DNA from: Bacteroidaceae bacterium | GTDB lineage: Bacteria > Bacillota_I > Bacilli_A > RFN20 > CAG-826 | NCBI GenBank assembly: GCA_963624045.1 | Contig: CAVFNI010000004.1 | Span: forward strand, 20,931 to 84,930 | Reading direction: 5' to 3' | DNA length: 64,000 bases | Part shown: positions 28,790 to 40,138 of the stretch, one piece after another | Layout: every line of letters starts with the position of its first letter | Position numbering within the stretch: position 1 is the stretch's first letter | The notes under the pieces: model-generated | Seen by the model: only the letters and a program-made list of their open reading frames with translations | Databases searched by the model: none | Told to the model about the DNA's origin: nothing | Made by a program: the position numbers and the translations under genes

Positions 28790-30391
28790 TTATTTACGAA
28801 CTTTCTTTCCCATTTTTTTGGAGATGATGGCTTGCACAATGGCTGTTTGAGCCATCGATAGCAAGGCGCCAATAGCCCAATAAACACCCATGGCAGCAGG
28901 TAAGGCAAAACCCAAGAAAATAGTGAAAATCAACATACCATACGAAACGTATTTCATCGTCTTGGCATTTTTATCGGCGGTTGGATTGGCGGTCAAACGC
29001 GCTTGGTTTTTGGTTTTCGCTTTCGTTATCCATTGCGGCAATTTCATCGCCAAAAATTGTAAAACGGCCATCACGATAAAGAGAATCAAAGCCGTCCACC
29101 AGCCAGTCGTATTTAAATACCACGTTCCCGAAGTGTTAAAGAGAACGCTTTGGATGGTGTCGCTTAAGCGAAGATTAAGAACTTCGCCGGAAGCCAACAC
29201 GGCGCTCCCTTGTAGCGCTCCCCATACCGAAATAAAGACTGGGAATTGGATAACAAGCCCGATTATGGTGCTGAACATGCTGACTTTGTTGCGTTTATAC
29301 AAAGCCATTTGTTCTTGAGACAAACGCATTTTCTCAGCGTTATTGGTAGCAGAATTCGGATATTTCGCTTGGATCTTCGCTAACTGCGGTTGCAAGGCTT
29401 GCATTTTTTGTTGGTCGCTAGTGCTTTTGAAGGTCAATAGCGCCAAAACCAAACGAACAATTATAGTCGTTATAATAAGGGCACAAATTTGCCCAACGCC
29501 CGAAAGAGCCGGATCCATGGCCAAAGACAAAGAATCGACAAGCCAGGCGACCGGATAGACAATTAAACCTTCGAATAAGCCTTTGCCCCAAGCATCGCCC
29601 CAAGTGGTGGTTTCCATCGAAACCGTCCAGTTTCCACTCGAACCATAATGCCCATATTTCCCTTCGCGGGTGGTAATACAAGAACGAATATTGTTGACCG
29701 TGCTGTTAATGGCCGATTTGTAATAATTAGCAAAATCGCTACCAGGGCAGTTGGAGGCGCCTATTTCTTTTTCGATCGCTTCATTCCATTTGAGCCAATT
29801 GCCGAAATCAAAAGTGTATTTATTGGTATCTCCATCCTTTGTTTCGGTAACGAATTTAAGATAGCCGAAATTGCGGAGAATGCTTTTCTCATTGATGTTT
29901 ACCCCATCTTCGTTACCGACACAATCAGCAACGTCAAATGGGTTTATGTCAGCGGCCGTAACCGTCTCAACCGTAACTTCGTAGCCGTTCAGTATAGCTT
30001 CTCCGACCGCCTCTTTTAAAAGGAAGGTATCTATTCTTTTGAAATATTCAAAGGAAGGAATCGAATAAGAATTATTTTTAGCGTTGGCGATGATCGTTCC
30101 ATTTAAATAAGTGGCTTTTTTGGCGGCAAATCCGCCATTCGCATCAACGGGTATATAAGCCCAAAGGTCGGAATTCCCTTCCAAAGGATTAAAACAAAGT
30201 CCTTCTTTTTGATATTCCTCAGGAACGTTTTCTTTGCCGTCGACATATACGGTGACGCCTTGTTCGTACGGATAAGCGATGTTGGCTTTATCCAAATCCG
30301 AACAAAAATTGGCAACACAGCCAGAAAGGGCGAAAGAAGCGAAAAGAGCCCCGAACAGTCCAAACAGTTTGATTTTAGTTTTCTTTTTCAA
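28790..30391 (-). CDS. yidC: membrane protein insertase YidC, lipoprotein form with a large extracytoplasmic domain
   Basis: 533 aa with signal peptide plus lipobox FALSGC, an ectodomain of about 250 aa, the YidC core (QQKMQALQPQL...MALYKRNKV) and a basic tail. The start codon is TTG at 30389-30391, with GGAG 8 nt upstream. Confidence 0.85.
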   Translation of the reverse strand: MKKKTKIKLFGLFGALFASFALSGCVANFCSDLDKANIAYPYEQGVTVYVDGKENVPEEYQKEGLCFNPLEGNSDLWAYIPVDANGGFAAKKATYLNGTIIANAKNNSYSIPSFEYFKRIDTFLLKEAVGEAILNGYEVTVETVTAADINPFDVADCVGNEDGVNINEKSILRNFGYLKFVTETKDGDTNKYTFDFGNWLKWNEAIEKEIGASNCPGSDFANYYKSAINSTVNNIRSCITTREGKYGHYGSSGNWTVSMETTTWGDAWGKGLFEGLIVYPVAWLVDSLSLAMDPALSGVGQICALIITTIIVRLVLALLTFKSTSDQQKMQALQPQLAKIQAKYPNSATNNAEKMRLSQEQMALYKRNKVSMFSTIIGLVIQFPVFISVWGALQGSAVLASGEVLNLRLSDTIQSVLFNTSGTWYLNTTGWWTALILFIVMAVLQFLAMKLPQWITKAKTKNQARLTANPTADKNAKTMKYVSYGMLIFTIFLGFALPAAMGVYWAIGALLSMAQTAIVQAIISKKMGKKVRK

Positions 30392-30722
30392 TGTTTTTCT
30401 CCGCGATTTTTCCCCAAAGCTCGGAAATTTCCTTCTTTGCTTCGCCGTAATTGTCGGTCAGGTAAGACGACCTTACAAGAATGATGATGTCAAACGGCTT
30501 TCGGAAATCGAGGCTCTCATTGACCAAGGTGCGAATTTGTCGCTTTATCTTGTTTCTGGTGACGGCGTTGCCGTTTTTCTTCCCGACATTTATCCCGATG
30601 CGGATTTTTCCGCTATCGTTTTTTCGGTAATGAACCACGAAGTGAGTCGTTTTTAAGAATGGTGATGAGGAAATGATTTGACTGAATTCCGAATGCTTTA
30701 AAATTCGGTTTTCCCGTTTCAT
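30375..30722 (-). CDS. rnpA: ribonuclease P protein component
   Basis: MKRENRILKHSEFSQIISS...VTRNKIKRQIR is the RnpA pattern. The start is trimmed to the ATG at 30720-30722, because the track ORF runs into rpmH. Confidence 0.85.
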   Translation of the reverse strand: MKRENRILKHSEFSQIISSSPFLKTTHFVVHYRKNDSGKIRIGINVGKKNGNAVTRNKIKRQIRTLVNESLDFRKPFDIIILVRSSYLTDNYGEAKKEISELWGKIAEKNIEKEN

Positions 30723-30729
30723 TCGAAAA

Positions 30730-30864
30730 TTAAGCGGCAATCTTGGCGCGGCCTTTGGCGCGACGACGAGCCAAAACAGCGCGCCCATTGGCGCTCTTCA
30801 TTCTTTTGCGGAATCCCGCTTCGTTGGCGTGTTTGATTTTTGATGGTTGGTAAGTCTTTTTCAT
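30730..30864 (-). CDS. rpmH: 50S ribosomal protein L34
   Basis: Below the track size cutoff. My translation is [44 protein letters not shown] (44 aa), with a GGAGG Shine-Dalgarno sequence upstream. Confidence 0.92.
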   Translation of the reverse strand: MKKTYQPSKIKHANEAGFRKRMKSANGRAVLARRRAKGRAKIAA

Positions 30865-30946
30865 GATGAAATCCTCCGAGGTTCACTTGCGTGCGGAATG
30901 ATTATAGTTTTTTAGCGACTTTAAAACAACGAAAAGAAGAAAGCGT

Positions 30947-31362
30947 TTTTCCACAAAAAAGCCTCGCGCGCGCTCGTCTCCTTCTTATTGAAGTTGATAC
31001 ATTGACAAAAAAGCAGTTCTTTACACACTGAAAAACATCGGAAAAACCAAAGAAAAACCCAATAAATAAAACTTAATGAACCAAAAATTCATCTATTATG
31101 TTTTTTCGGTCGACAAAAAGATCTAAACACTGTGTGGAATAATGTTTTTGTTTTTCCACAAAATTGTTTATAACTTTGTTTTTATTCGATTGGATGGCGT
31201 ATTTTTTGTAATTGTTTATGTTGATATGTTTTTTGTGTTTTGGTGTTTTCCACAAAAATCCAATTATTCACACACAATCAGACGTTTTCCACAAAAAAGA
31301 ACTTCTCAAAAACGTTGTAAGGGGTGATTTCAAACGCTTTTCGGGTTCAAAATTGTGGAAAA
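30947..31362. other. oriC part 1: cluster of seven DnaA boxes between rpmH and dnaA
   Basis: TTTTCCACA occurs at 30947, 31152, 31246 and 31285, and TTATTCACA at 31264. In reverse orientation, TGTGGAATA is at 31133 and TGTGGAAAA at 31354. All lie within an AT-rich 530-bp non-coding spacer at the point where coding strand switches. Confidence 0.88.
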
Positions 31363-31406
31363 AACAAAAAACATTCCTATTATAAATATCATTGTGCTAT
31401 CCTTTT

Positions 31407-32783
31407 ATGGCGCGCAATATGGAAACCGGGATATCAGAAATAGTAGCTTTATGGGGGCGAATCCTCATAAAAATAAAAGATCGGATCGGCGACAACACCG
31501 TTTTCGATTCCTTTTTTTCCGACAGTTATATTGATTCCATTCGCGATAACAACATGATTGTGGTGGTAAATTCCCCTTTGGCCGCCACCATCATCACCAC
31601 CCAATTCGAGAAAATCGTCACCGAAATCGTCCATTCGTCGACGGAAAGCAATTTCGAAATAACGTTCGTTTCGCCTGACGAGGCAAAGAAACTACAAAAC
31701 AAAAAACCAGCCAAAAGGGCATATTTTTCCGACTCCATCTTAAACCCCAATTATACATTCAAATCTTTTGTCGTCGGACCATCCAACCGCGAAGCTTTCC
31801 AGGCCGCTTTAATGGCCTCGCAAAACCCCGGTCATTTTTTCAATCCGATTTTAATATACGGGGATTCCGGCTTGGGGAAAACCCATCTGCTCCACGCGAT
31901 TGGGAACGCCGCGTTAGAAAAAAACCCATCTTTGCGAATCCTATACATCCACGCACAAGAGTTTTTAAACGAATTCATCAAATACGTCACGAGTGGCGGA
32001 GCCGATTCCATCGTTGATTGGTTTAAAGAATCCGTCGACCTCCTCTTGGTTGACGACGTGCAATTCTTAGCCAACAAAAAAGCCACAGAAGAAACATTCT
32101 TTTCCATCTACAACAATTTCTACAACAACGGCAAGCAAGTCGTTTTGTCGAGCGATCAACACCCATCTAAATTAAACGGATTGGATGAGCGTTTGAAATC
32201 GCGTTTCGTCCAAGGTCTCCCTTTATCGATTAGCGCCCCCGAAAAGGAAACAAGAGAGAAGATTTTACGCCTCCGCATCGAACAAAGTGGGGAGCACTCA
32301 GGTTTGACTTTGACTGACTTTGACGAGGAGGTCGTCGGTTATTTGGCCGATCGCTTTAAGAAAAACATCCGCGAACTTGAAGGAGCGTTAGACAGGCTTC
32401 TTTTCTATATCGTCAACATCCATCCGTGCAAACACATCAATCTACCCATAGCCAAAGAAGCCATCGAATCTTTAGCCGCCTCCGGAGATGACAAAACCGA
32501 ACTGAACGAAGATAAGATAGTTCGAGTCGTTGCCGATTATTACAATCTTTCTCCGCATCAATTGACCGGCCGTTCCAGAACGTCGCAAATCGCCTTGGCT
32601 AGACATATCTCCATGTACCTCATCCGCACGATGTTGGGGATGCCATTAACGAAAATCGGATCCTACTTCGGCGGTAAGGACCACACGACTGTGATGAACG
32701 GTGTGTCCAAAGTGGAAAAAGATGTTGAGAAAAACGCCGATTTGAAGAAAGCGATAGCTGAACTAAAAGACAGATTAAAGTAA
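31407..32783 (+). CDS. dnaA: chromosomal replication initiator protein DnaA
   Basis: Walker A GDSGLGKTHLLHAIGN, Walker B LLLVDDVQFL and the C-terminal DNA-binding motif ARHISMYLIR...KDHTTVMNG. The start is uncertain: the track start at 31392 is TTG, with ATGs at 31407 and 31419 and no clear Shine-Dalgarno sequence. Confidence 0.95.
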   Translation: MARNMETGISEIVALWGRILIKIKDRIGDNTVFDSFFSDSYIDSIRDNNMIVVVNSPLAATIITTQFEKIVTEIVHSSTESNFEITFVSPDEAKKLQNKKPAKRAYFSDSILNPNYTFKSFVVGPSNREAFQAALMASQNPGHFFNPILIYGDSGLGKTHLLHAIGNAALEKNPSLRILYIHAQEFLNEFIKYVTSGGADSIVDWFKESVDLLLVDDVQFLANKKATEETFFSIYNNFYNNGKQVVLSSDQHPSKLNGLDERLKSRFVQGLPLSISAPEKETREKILRLRIEQSGEHSGLTLTDFDEEVVGYLADRFKKNIRELEGALDRLLFYIVNIHPCKHINLPIAKEAIESLAASGDDKTELNEDKIVRVVADYYNLSPHQLTGRSRTSQIALARHISMYLIRTMLGMPLTKIGSYFGGKDHTTVMNGVSKVEKDVEKNADLKKAIAELKDRLK

Positions 32784-32817
32784 ACCTATTCGCTAAAAGG
32801 TAAAGAAAAAATAAAAG

Positions 32818-32861
32818 CTTTCCACTTTTCCACCGCAATTAATAATTATTGTTATAAAATA
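32818..32861. other. oriC part 2 (candidate): degenerate DnaA boxes plus AT-rich unwinding tract in the dnaA-dnaN spacer
   Basis: CTTTCCACT (32818) and TTTTCCACC (32826) are followed by a 25-nt tract with a single G (32837-32861). The layout resembles the bipartite Bacillus oriC. Confidence 0.5.
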
Positions 32862-32901
32862 CTTCCGTAAGAAAAATAAAAAAACAATCAGGAGAAACAG
32901 C

Positions 32902-34023
32902 ATGCGCTTCACCATTAACAAAAATAAATTCTTAAAATCCCTCCTCCTTGCTAGTCATGGAATCGGCGCCAAAAGCCCCAATCCACAACTAATGTGCTTT
33001 AAAATCGAAATGACTGCGGAAGAACTGGAGGTTACCGCTTCTAGTGATAGCGTCGCCGTTCTCACGCGTGTTCTCGCCAAAGATGGGGAAGCCGAAAATG
33101 TCAGAAATTTCACCTTAGGCTCCGTTTTGGTTAATGCCAAAATACTCACGGAAATCATCAGGAAGCTTGGCGGTGAGGAAATATCGTTTGAGGTGATAGA
33201 TGAGCGCGTCGCCAAAATAGACGACGGTAACGGCACCTATAAACTCGTGTGCATGCCGGCCGACGAATATCCGGATTTGGATTTGGAACAAAACGGAACG
33301 CCTCTAACTGTGTCCGCAACCGATTTGATATCACTTGTTGATTCAACGGCTTTCGCAGCCTCCGATAAGGAGACCAGAAGGGTTCTGACTGCCGTTAACC
33401 TCAAAGCGGAAGCTGGCAATTTGACGGCGACTGCCACCGACAGCGCGAGGCTTTCTCGTAAAAGCGTCGCCATCGATCCCTCAGCCCGTTTTTCCTTCAA
33501 TATCCCCGCCAAAACCCTCTCGGATGTCGTTAGAATGTTTGAGAACAATTACGATGTCGAGATATCGTCCGGCAACAAAAAAGCCATCATCAAATTCGGC
33601 GATACGATGGTTTCTTGCAGCATCATCGACGAAAATTATTTGGTGTCCAGTTCCATCATCCCACAGAATTTCAACGCCACTTTGAAAGTCAATGCGGCAG
33701 AATTACTCAATTCCATCGATCGCGTGAGCACCGTTTCTTCGGATCGAGCTGCCGTCGTTAAGCTAACGATGTCATCCGATGGCGTTGACATATCTTCTTC
33801 CAGCGATCAAAACGGCATCGCGACCGAGAAGATCAAGGCCGTCGATTATGAGGGGGAACATCTTGAAATAGCCTTCAACGCCGTTTTTGCCGCCCAAGCC
33901 GTAAAAGCTTTGGGGTGCGAAGACGTCACATTAAAATTCATCGGTGAGATGAAGCCGTTTGTGGTGGAGAATCCGTTCGATCAATCGATAATCGAACTCA
34001 TAACCCCTATGCGCACCCGTTAA
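32902..34023 (+). CDS. dnaN: DNA polymerase III beta sliding clamp
   Basis: 373 aa, MRFTINKNKFLKSL..., with a three-domain clamp length and the position after dnaA. A GGAG Shine-Dalgarno sequence is present. Confidence 0.9.
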   Translation: MRFTINKNKFLKSLLLASHGIGAKSPNPQLMCFKIEMTAEELEVTASSDSVAVLTRVLAKDGEAENVRNFTLGSVLVNAKILTEIIRKLGGEEISFEVIDERVAKIDDGNGTYKLVCMPADEYPDLDLEQNGTPLTVSATDLISLVDSTAFAASDKETRRVLTAVNLKAEAGNLTATATDSARLSRKSVAIDPSARFSFNIPAKTLSDVVRMFENNYDVEISSGNKKAIIKFGDTMVSCSIIDENYLVSSSIIPQNFNATLKVNAAELLNSIDRVSTVSSDRAAVVKLTMSSDGVDISSSSDQNGIATEKIKAVDYEGEHLEIAFNAVFAAQAVKALGCEDVTLKFIGEMKPFVVENPFDQSIIELITPMRTR

Positions 34024-34044
34024 ACGGTCAAAAATAACGCTCCC

Positions 34045-34071
34045 AGGAATGGAAAAATCCATTCCTTTTTT
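34045..34071 (+). terminator. rho-independent terminator after dnaN
   Basis: AGGAATGG-aaaaat-CCATTCCT stem followed by TTTTTT. Confidence 0.8.
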
Positions 34072-34108
34072 CTTATATATATAGTAAACTATATATCGAG
34101 GTGAAAAA

Positions 34109-34333
34109 ATGTCTGAGCGCAAACAAGAAGTCGCCATCAAAAGCGAATACATAACACTAGGCCAATTCCTCAAATACGTCGGGATTGTGCCTTATGGTTC
34201 TGCCGAGAAGATATACCTCTCCGAAAACGCAGTGATGGTCAATGGCGAAAAAGAATGCCGCCGTGGCAAAAAACTTCGTCCTGGGGATGTCGTTTCTCTT
34301 GATGGTGGCGTTTATGAAATTGTTTCCTCATGA
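34109..34333 (+). CDS. yaaA: S4-domain RNA-binding protein YaaA
   Basis: 74 aa with ITLGQFLKYVGIV..GSAEK...NGEKECRRGKKLRPGD. It has the conserved position between dnaN and recF, and its stop overlaps the recF ATG. Confidence 0.85.
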   Translation: MSERKQEVAIKSEYITLGQFLKYVGIVPYGSAEKIYLSENAVMVNGEKECRRGKKLRPGDVVSLDGGVYEIVSS

Positions 34334-35391
34334 AATTGCTTCGTTTAAAGCTCAAAAACTTTCGTGGGTATTCCAATTTGTCATTTGAACCTTCGGTCGG
34401 GTTGAATGTGATTGAGGGTGACAACGGCTCAGGAAAAACCAATCTAGTTGAAGCTATCTATTGCTTATCAAGGGGCAAAGGGTGGCGGAACGAGGATACG
34501 GAGCCTCTCATCAAAAACGGGGCGGAATTCGCCAAAATAACCGCCGAAACGATCGATGGTGAAACGAAAACCAAAATCGAATTGGTCTTCGCTGGGGGCG
34601 AACGGAGAGTTCTCATCAACGAGAAGCCCGTCAAAAAATTGAGCGAACTCGCAAAAACAACAAACGTGTTGCTCTTCGCCCCAAACGACACCTCGTTGTT
34701 CGTTGATTCGCCTAAACGAAGGAGGAATTACCTCAATTCTTCCATCTCTCCGCTTAAGGCGGATTACATGGAATCGGTGTGCCGGTATTCCAAATTCCTC
34801 GCCGAAAGGAACGCCATCCTAAAAGGCGAGAACCCTAACCTCACCCAACTCGACGTCATCAATTCGGAGATGGCGTCCGAATGCGCCACTATCTTGGCCC
34901 ACCGAAGCGCATTCGTGTCGAGATTGAACGAAATCACCTCGCGCCTAGCCACCGCGCTATACGGGGCTACTAGAACGCTAAAAATCGTTTATCGTCCGTT
35001 TGTGAAAGGGGACGATATCAAAAAAAGCGCGAAAGAGGCCTTCGATTCCGCTACGCAAGGTGACATCGTTCGCAAATCAACATCGATCGGGCCGCAAAGA
35101 GAGGATTTCCAAACGTTCTTAGACGGAAGGGAGATTGGTGGTTATGGCAGCCGCGGAGAAAATCGAATGGCGGCCATCGTCCTCAAAGTGGCTCCTGCGT
35201 TTATCGAAAAAACCAAAATCCCCATTGTGATTCTCGATGACGTGTACGCCGAATTGGATGAAGAGAGAGGACGAAACCTATCGCGGATCATTAAGAAAAT
35301 GGGGCAGGTGTTCGTTACGACGACAAAAATAAACATAAGCGATGCTTCTTATTGGGAAGTTTCGAATCATAACGCAACAAGGAGGAATTGA
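34330..35391 (+). CDS. recF: DNA replication and repair protein RecF
   Basis: Walker [15 protein letters not shown], signature-like GPQREDF and Walker [12 protein letters not shown]. Confidence 0.92.
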   Translation: MKLLRLKLKNFRGYSNLSFEPSVGLNVIEGDNGSGKTNLVEAIYCLSRGKGWRNEDTEPLIKNGAEFAKITAETIDGETKTKIELVFAGGERRVLINEKPVKKLSELAKTTNVLLFAPNDTSLFVDSPKRRRNYLNSSISPLKADYMESVCRYSKFLAERNAILKGENPNLTQLDVINSEMASECATILAHRSAFVSRLNEITSRLATALYGATRTLKIVYRPFVKGDDIKKSAKEAFDSATQGDIVRKSTSIGPQREDFQTFLDGREIGGYGSRGENRMAAIVLKVAPAFIEKTKIPIVILDDVYAELDEERGRNLSRIIKKMGQVFVTTTKINISDASYWEVSNHNATRRN

Positions 35392-37457
35392 TGGTTATGG
35401 AAGAAGAAAAGAAAGAAAACGAAGCGGTTTCTTCAAAAGGGGCCGCGGATGTCTCTGAGGAAGATAGATTCCAATATGAGATGAAAGATGTGACCAACGA
35501 AAAGGCCATAGAGAAAGCCGATGAGAAATATACGGCTGAAAACATTCAGGTTCTCGAAGGATTAGAGGCCGTCAGGAAACGCCCTGGCATGTATATCGCC
35601 ACGACGGCTAGCGCCGGTCTTCACCACCTTGTGTGGGAGATCGTCGATAACGCTATTGACGAAGCCCTTGCCGGATATTGCGATAACATCGAGGTAACTA
35701 TCGAAAAAGACAATTCCATTACCGTGAAGGATAACGGGCGTGGCATTCCTGTTGACATTGTTGCCAAAAGCGGCCTTTCTGGTGTCGAAACCGCTTATAC
35801 GATCCTTCATGCCGGTGGAAAATTCGGCGAAGGCGGCGGATATAAGGTGTCTGGCGGTTTGCATGGCGTTGGCGCTTCGGTTGTTAACGCTTTATCAAAG
35901 TTGTGTGAGGTAACCGTCCATAAAGATGGTGGCGTTTATTACGTTAAATTCGTTGATGGTGGCAAAATTGTCGAACACCTAAAACGGATTGGCGATTGTG
36001 ATGATCATGGTACGGCCGTGCATTTCTCGCCCGACCCCGATGTTTTTACGGAAACGACCGTTTACAACTATGAAACGATCAAAAACCATTTGAGACAAAT
36101 GGCCTTCCTCAATGGTGGGGTCCGCATTTCATTGACGGATGTGCGTCCCGAAACCCCTGTGAGCGACGTCTTTCAATACGATGGCGGCATCAAGGAATAT
36201 GTTGCGTTTATAAATCAAGGCAAATTGGCCATCAATAACGAAGTCATTTATTGCCAAGGCGCCGAAGAGGTTACCCTTTTGGATGGCACCAAAGAGCGAA
36301 TATATGCCGAGGTTGCGTATCAATGGACCGATTATTATAGCAGCGATGGCGTTTATTCCTTTTGTAACAACATCAGCACCAAAGAAGGGGGCACGCATGT
36401 CGAAGGCTTTAATTTGGCTTTGAATAGAACCATTAACGATTACGCAAGAAAATTTAAATTGTTGGATGAAAAGGATTCCAATTTGACGACCGACGATTGT
36501 CGTGAGGGTCTTACCTGCGTTATCAGCGTTAAACACCCGAACCCGCAATATGAAGGCCAAACCAAAACGAAACTTGGCAACAGCGAGGTCCGCAAAATCG
36601 TTTCGACGATTGTGGGCCAACAATTTGCCCAATACCTCTTGGAGCACCCCGATCAAGCGAAAGCGATCGTTAAGAAGGCTCAATTGGCTGCCAGCGGTCG
36701 TATGGCGGCCCAAAAAGCTCGAGAAGCCACAAGAAAAACCGCTTTAGGGATCACAACCCTTCCTGGCAAATTGGCCGATTGTTCAAGTCGCGTGCCGGAA
36801 GAATGCGAGCTTTATATTGTCGAGGGTAATTCCGCCGGCGGCAGCGCTAAAACCGGGCGCGACCGCAAAACGCAAGCGATTTTGCCTCTTAGAGGTAAAA
36901 TTTTAAACGTCGAAAAGGCCAACGAAGAAAGAATCTTCAAAAACGCCGAAATCGGAAACATGATTACCGCCATCGGCGCAGGCATCCGAGAAAATTTCGA
37001 TGTCACCAAAATCCGCTATCACAAAATCGTCATCATGACCGATGCTGATGTCGATGGCGACCACATCAGAATTCTTTTGTTGACCTTCTTCTATCGCTTT
37101 ATGAAGCCGTTGTTGGACGGAGGGTACGTTTACATTGCCCAACCGCCTCTTTATAAAGTCGAATACAAAGGCCAACCGTATTATGCCTACAACGACGATC
37201 AATTGGAAACTATTAAAAAAGCTCTTCAGCTTAAACCGGGATATCCATTCCAGCGTTATAAAGGTCTCGGTGAAATGGATGCACAACAACTCTGGGAAAC
37301 GACCATGGATCCTGAGGTTCGCAAAATGATTCGCATCACCGTTGAAGACGCGGCGTTAGCCGATAAAGCGTTCACGGAATTGATGGGAGACGATGTGGAA
37401 CCGCGTCGCGAATTTATCTCCAAAAACGCAAAATTCGCGCAAAACCTTGATATTTGA
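35391..37457 (+). CDS. gyrB: DNA gyrase subunit B
   Basis: [31 protein letters not shown], Toprim [10 protein letters not shown] and [10 protein letters not shown] motifs. The ATG at 35391 overlaps the recF TGA by 1 nt and sits 5 nt after AGGAGG. Confidence 0.97.
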   Translation: MVMEEEKKENEAVSSKGAADVSEEDRFQYEMKDVTNEKAIEKADEKYTAENIQVLEGLEAVRKRPGMYIATTASAGLHHLVWEIVDNAIDEALAGYCDNIEVTIEKDNSITVKDNGRGIPVDIVAKSGLSGVETAYTILHAGGKFGEGGGYKVSGGLHGVGASVVNALSKLCEVTVHKDGGVYYVKFVDGGKIVEHLKRIGDCDDHGTAVHFSPDPDVFTETTVYNYETIKNHLRQMAFLNGGVRISLTDVRPETPVSDVFQYDGGIKEYVAFINQGKLAINNEVIYCQGAEEVTLLDGTKERIYAEVAYQWTDYYSSDGVYSFCNNISTKEGGTHVEGFNLALNRTINDYARKFKLLDEKDSNLTTDDCREGLTCVISVKHPNPQYEGQTKTKLGNSEVRKIVSTIVGQQFAQYLLEHPDQAKAIVKKAQLAASGRMAAQKAREATRKTALGITTLPGKLADCSSRVPEECELYIVEGNSAGGSAKTGRDRKTQAILPLRGKILNVEKANEERIFKNAEIGNMITAIGAGIRENFDVTKIRYHKIVIMTDADVDGDHIRILLLTFFYRFMKPLLDGGYVYIAQPPLYKVEYKGQPYYAYNDDQLETIKKALQLKPGYPFQRYKGLGEMDAQQLWETTMDPEVRKMIRITVEDAALADKAFTELMGDDVEPRREFISKNAKFAQNLDI

Positions 37458-37478
37458 TGTTCTAAAGGAGTTTTTCAA

Positions 37479-40133
37479 ATGGATAACGAAGAAAAGAAAA
37501 CCCAACCACAAGAAGAAAAAGTAGGAGGTGTTTCGGCCGGCATCGTTGCCGGGTTAATCGACCGCGAAATTACCGATGAAGTCAAAACCGCCTTTTTAAG
37601 CTATTCGATGTCAGTCATCGAAAGTCGTGCCATACCAGATGTGCGAGATGGCTTAAAACCGGTTCAACGCCGCATCATTTACGGTATGAACGAATCGGGC
37701 ATGCAGCCTGGTAAGCCATATAAGAAAAGCGCGCGTATCGTTGGCGATGTCATGGGTAAATACCACCCCCACGGCGACAGCGCCCTTTATTTGACGCTTG
37801 TTCGTATGGCTCAGCCGTTCGCCATTCGTTATACCCTCGTTGATGGACATGGTAATTTCGGTAGCATCGACGGCGATGAGCCAGCCGCTATGCGTTACAC
37901 AGAAGCTAGAATGAACAAATTGGCCATGGAAATGGTCCGTGATCTTGATAAGGATACGGTTGATTTTGTGGACAATTATGACGGCACCGAGCGCGAACCG
38001 AGCGTTTTGCCATCGCGCTTCCCCAACCTCTTGGTTAACGGCAGCGAAGGCATTGCCGTCGGTATGGCCACCAATATGCCCACTCACAATCTTACCGAAG
38101 CGATCAACGCCACGATTGCGATGGCGAGGAACCCGGAAATTACACCTCTAGAGTTGATGCAAAACTATATTTCCGGTCCAGATTTCCCGACGGGCGGCGT
38201 CATCCTTGGCCGACAAGGGATTATCGATTATTTTACTACCGGTACCGGAAGCATAACCATCCGTTCCAAATTCCATATCGAAGAGGATAGCAATGGCAAG
38301 GCTCGTATCGTCATAACCGAGACACCATACCAAGTTAATAAAGCCTCGATGGTTCAGAATATGGCTGAGCTCGTTCGCGATAAAATCGTCGATGGCATCA
38401 CCGATATCCGCGACGAATCGAACAAAGAAGGCATTCGTGTCGTGATCGAAGTTCGCCGCGATGCCATTCCTGAAGTTGTCGCAAACAATTTGCTTAAGCA
38501 CACGCAAATGCAAATCAGCTATGGTGTCATCAACCTTTGCCTCGTTGGCGGAGAACCAAAAACCCTGCCGATCACGGGTATAATCCAAAATTACATCGAT
38601 TTCCAATTGAGCGTTCTTACCAGGAGAACCAAATTCTTGCTTGAACGCGATAGCGCTCGCGATCACATCGTCGTTGGTTTGATTCTTGCTCACGACAATA
38701 TTGATGAAGTCATCCATATCATTCGTGGCAGCAAGACCGACGAAGAATCGATTGAAAAATTAAATCAGAGATTCGCTTTGACAAAGCCTCAATGCGACGC
38801 CATCTTGGCTATGACGCTACGCCGTCTTGAAGGGTTAGAGCAAGACAAATTGCAAAACGAACACGCTGAATTAACCAAAAATATCGAACATTACAATTTC
38901 TTGTTGAGCGACAGAAAGAATATTGTCGATTTAATGGTCGAAGAGCTTGAGGCTATCCGTGACAAATACGGTGACGATCGCCTCACGGAAATATCCAACG
39001 AAGCCGCCGATATTGATAATGAGGACCTCTTGCCGGAAGAGGACATCATTGTTGTTTTGACGAAAAACGGTTATTTGAAGCGGATGAACGACAAAACTTT
39101 CCGCACGCAAAATAGAGGCGGACGCGGAGTTAAGGGCATTAGCACAACCGGCGGTGACATCGTTTCGATAATGCTTCACACCAAAACACACACCGACATT
39201 CTCTTCTTTAGTTCTTATGGATTCGTTTACCGCATGCGTGGATATATGATCCCTGATGGCGCTCGCGATTCCAAAGGGATGCCCGCAATCAATCTTTTGA
39301 ACCTTGAACAAGATGAAAAGGTTGTTGCGATCGTTCCTTGCGACGATTATAGCGAAAACGACTTCCTTTTCTTCGCCACCGTCAATGGCGTGGTCAAACG
39401 CACCGCACTTAAAGAATTCGCCTCGATCCATTCCAACGGCAAGCGCGCTCTCAATTTACGCGAAGGCGATGAATTGTTGACTGTGAAGAGAACCAACGGA
39501 ACTTGTATCGTTTCTTTGGCCTCAAGCAACGGCAAGGTTTGCTCCTTCCACGAAGATGAAGTTCGTGCCATGGGACGCAGTGCCGCTGGCGTTACGGGTA
39601 TGAATCTAAAGGATGGGTCGCATCTTGTCGATGTGACAACATCCTTGGATGGCAAATTGATCCTCGTTTTGACGAATCTCGGCTATGGCAAGATGAGCTA
39701 TGCTGCCGATACCGACGTCAATAATGATGACGGCAGCGTTAGCCATTATGATGGATATCGTTTGACTTCGCGCGGAGCCAAAGGCGTTTATTCGGTCAAG
39801 ATGAATGGCAAAAACGGCGAATTGACGGCGATGAGGGGGGTTAATGGTGACGAAGATTTGATGGTCATAACTAACAAAGGCATCGTAATCCGTACGCCTT
39901 TAAATCAAATTCATATAGCCGGTCGTAATACCGTCGGCGTGAAGATCATCGCTCTTGAGGCGAAGCAAAAAGTCGCCTCGATAGCAATCGTTCCTCATCA
40001 AGATGAGAACGCCTCCGAAGAAGAGGTGGCTGAAGAGGAAGTCAATCCGTCTTTGGTCGCTGAAGATGCGAATGGCAACGCGACGGAAAGCGCGACCCCT
40101 GAACACATTCCGACGCCAGACGAAGTGGAATAA
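37479..40133 (+). CDS. gyrA: DNA gyrase subunit A
   Basis: [10 protein letters not shown], the QRDR-like GDSALY, the active-site AAMRYTEAR, a beta-pinwheel C-terminal domain and an acidic tail. Confidence 0.97.
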   Translation: MDNEEKKTQPQEEKVGGVSAGIVAGLIDREITDEVKTAFLSYSMSVIESRAIPDVRDGLKPVQRRIIYGMNESGMQPGKPYKKSARIVGDVMGKYHPHGDSALYLTLVRMAQPFAIRYTLVDGHGNFGSIDGDEPAAMRYTEARMNKLAMEMVRDLDKDTVDFVDNYDGTEREPSVLPSRFPNLLVNGSEGIAVGMATNMPTHNLTEAINATIAMARNPEITPLELMQNYISGPDFPTGGVILGRQGIIDYFTTGTGSITIRSKFHIEEDSNGKARIVITETPYQVNKASMVQNMAELVRDKIVDGITDIRDESNKEGIRVVIEVRRDAIPEVVANNLLKHTQMQISYGVINLCLVGGEPKTLPITGIIQNYIDFQLSVLTRRTKFLLERDSARDHIVVGLILAHDNIDEVIHIIRGSKTDEESIEKLNQRFALTKPQCDAILAMTLRRLEGLEQDKLQNEHAELTKNIEHYNFLLSDRKNIVDLMVEELEAIRDKYGDDRLTEISNEAADIDNEDLLPEEDIIVVLTKNGYLKRMNDKTFRTQNRGGRGVKGISTTGGDIVSIMLHTKTHTDILFFSSYGFVYRMRGYMIPDGARDSKGMPAINLLNLEQDEKVVAIVPCDDYSENDFLFFATVNGVVKRTALKEFASIHSNGKRALNLREGDELLTVKRTNGTCIVSLASSNGKVCSFHEDEVRAMGRSAAGVTGMNLKDGSHLVDVTTSLDGKLILVLTNLGYGKMSYAADTDVNNDDGSVSHYDGYRLTSRGAKGVYSVKMNGKNGELTAMRGVNGDEDLMVITNKGIVIRTPLNQIHIAGRNTVGVKIIALEAKQKVASIAIVPHQDENASEEEVAEEEVNPSLVAEDANGNATESATPEHIPTPDEVE

Positions 40134-40138
40134 GAGCG

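Noticed and set aside
31073-31327. Two 60-aa ORFs (31073-31255 minus strand, 31142-31327 plus strand) in the rpmH-dnaA spacer.
   Set aside because: They lie in the DnaA-box/AT-rich origin, overlap each other on opposite strands and are built from the repeated TTTTCCACA boxes. They are non-coding oriC.
35391-35530. An apparent acidic N-terminal extension of about 35 aa on GyrB, lying before [18 protein letters not shown].
   Set aside because: It may simply reflect start-codon choice, because an internal Met (MKDVTNEK) would give a normal-length N-terminus. The upstream ATG has the better Shine-Dalgarno sequence, but this cannot be resolved from sequence alone.
36129-36713. A long antisense ORF (194 aa) inside gyrB. 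Similar ORFs lie inside gyrA (38148-38717, 38931-39431), ppdK (18716-19066, 19099-19471), tilS (9313-9855), ftsH (7206-7815) and mfd.
   Set aside because: These are shadow ORFs opposite strongly conserved genes. They have low-complexity or odd composition, no Shine-Dalgarno sequences and no recognisable motifs. This pattern is expected by chance in such genes.
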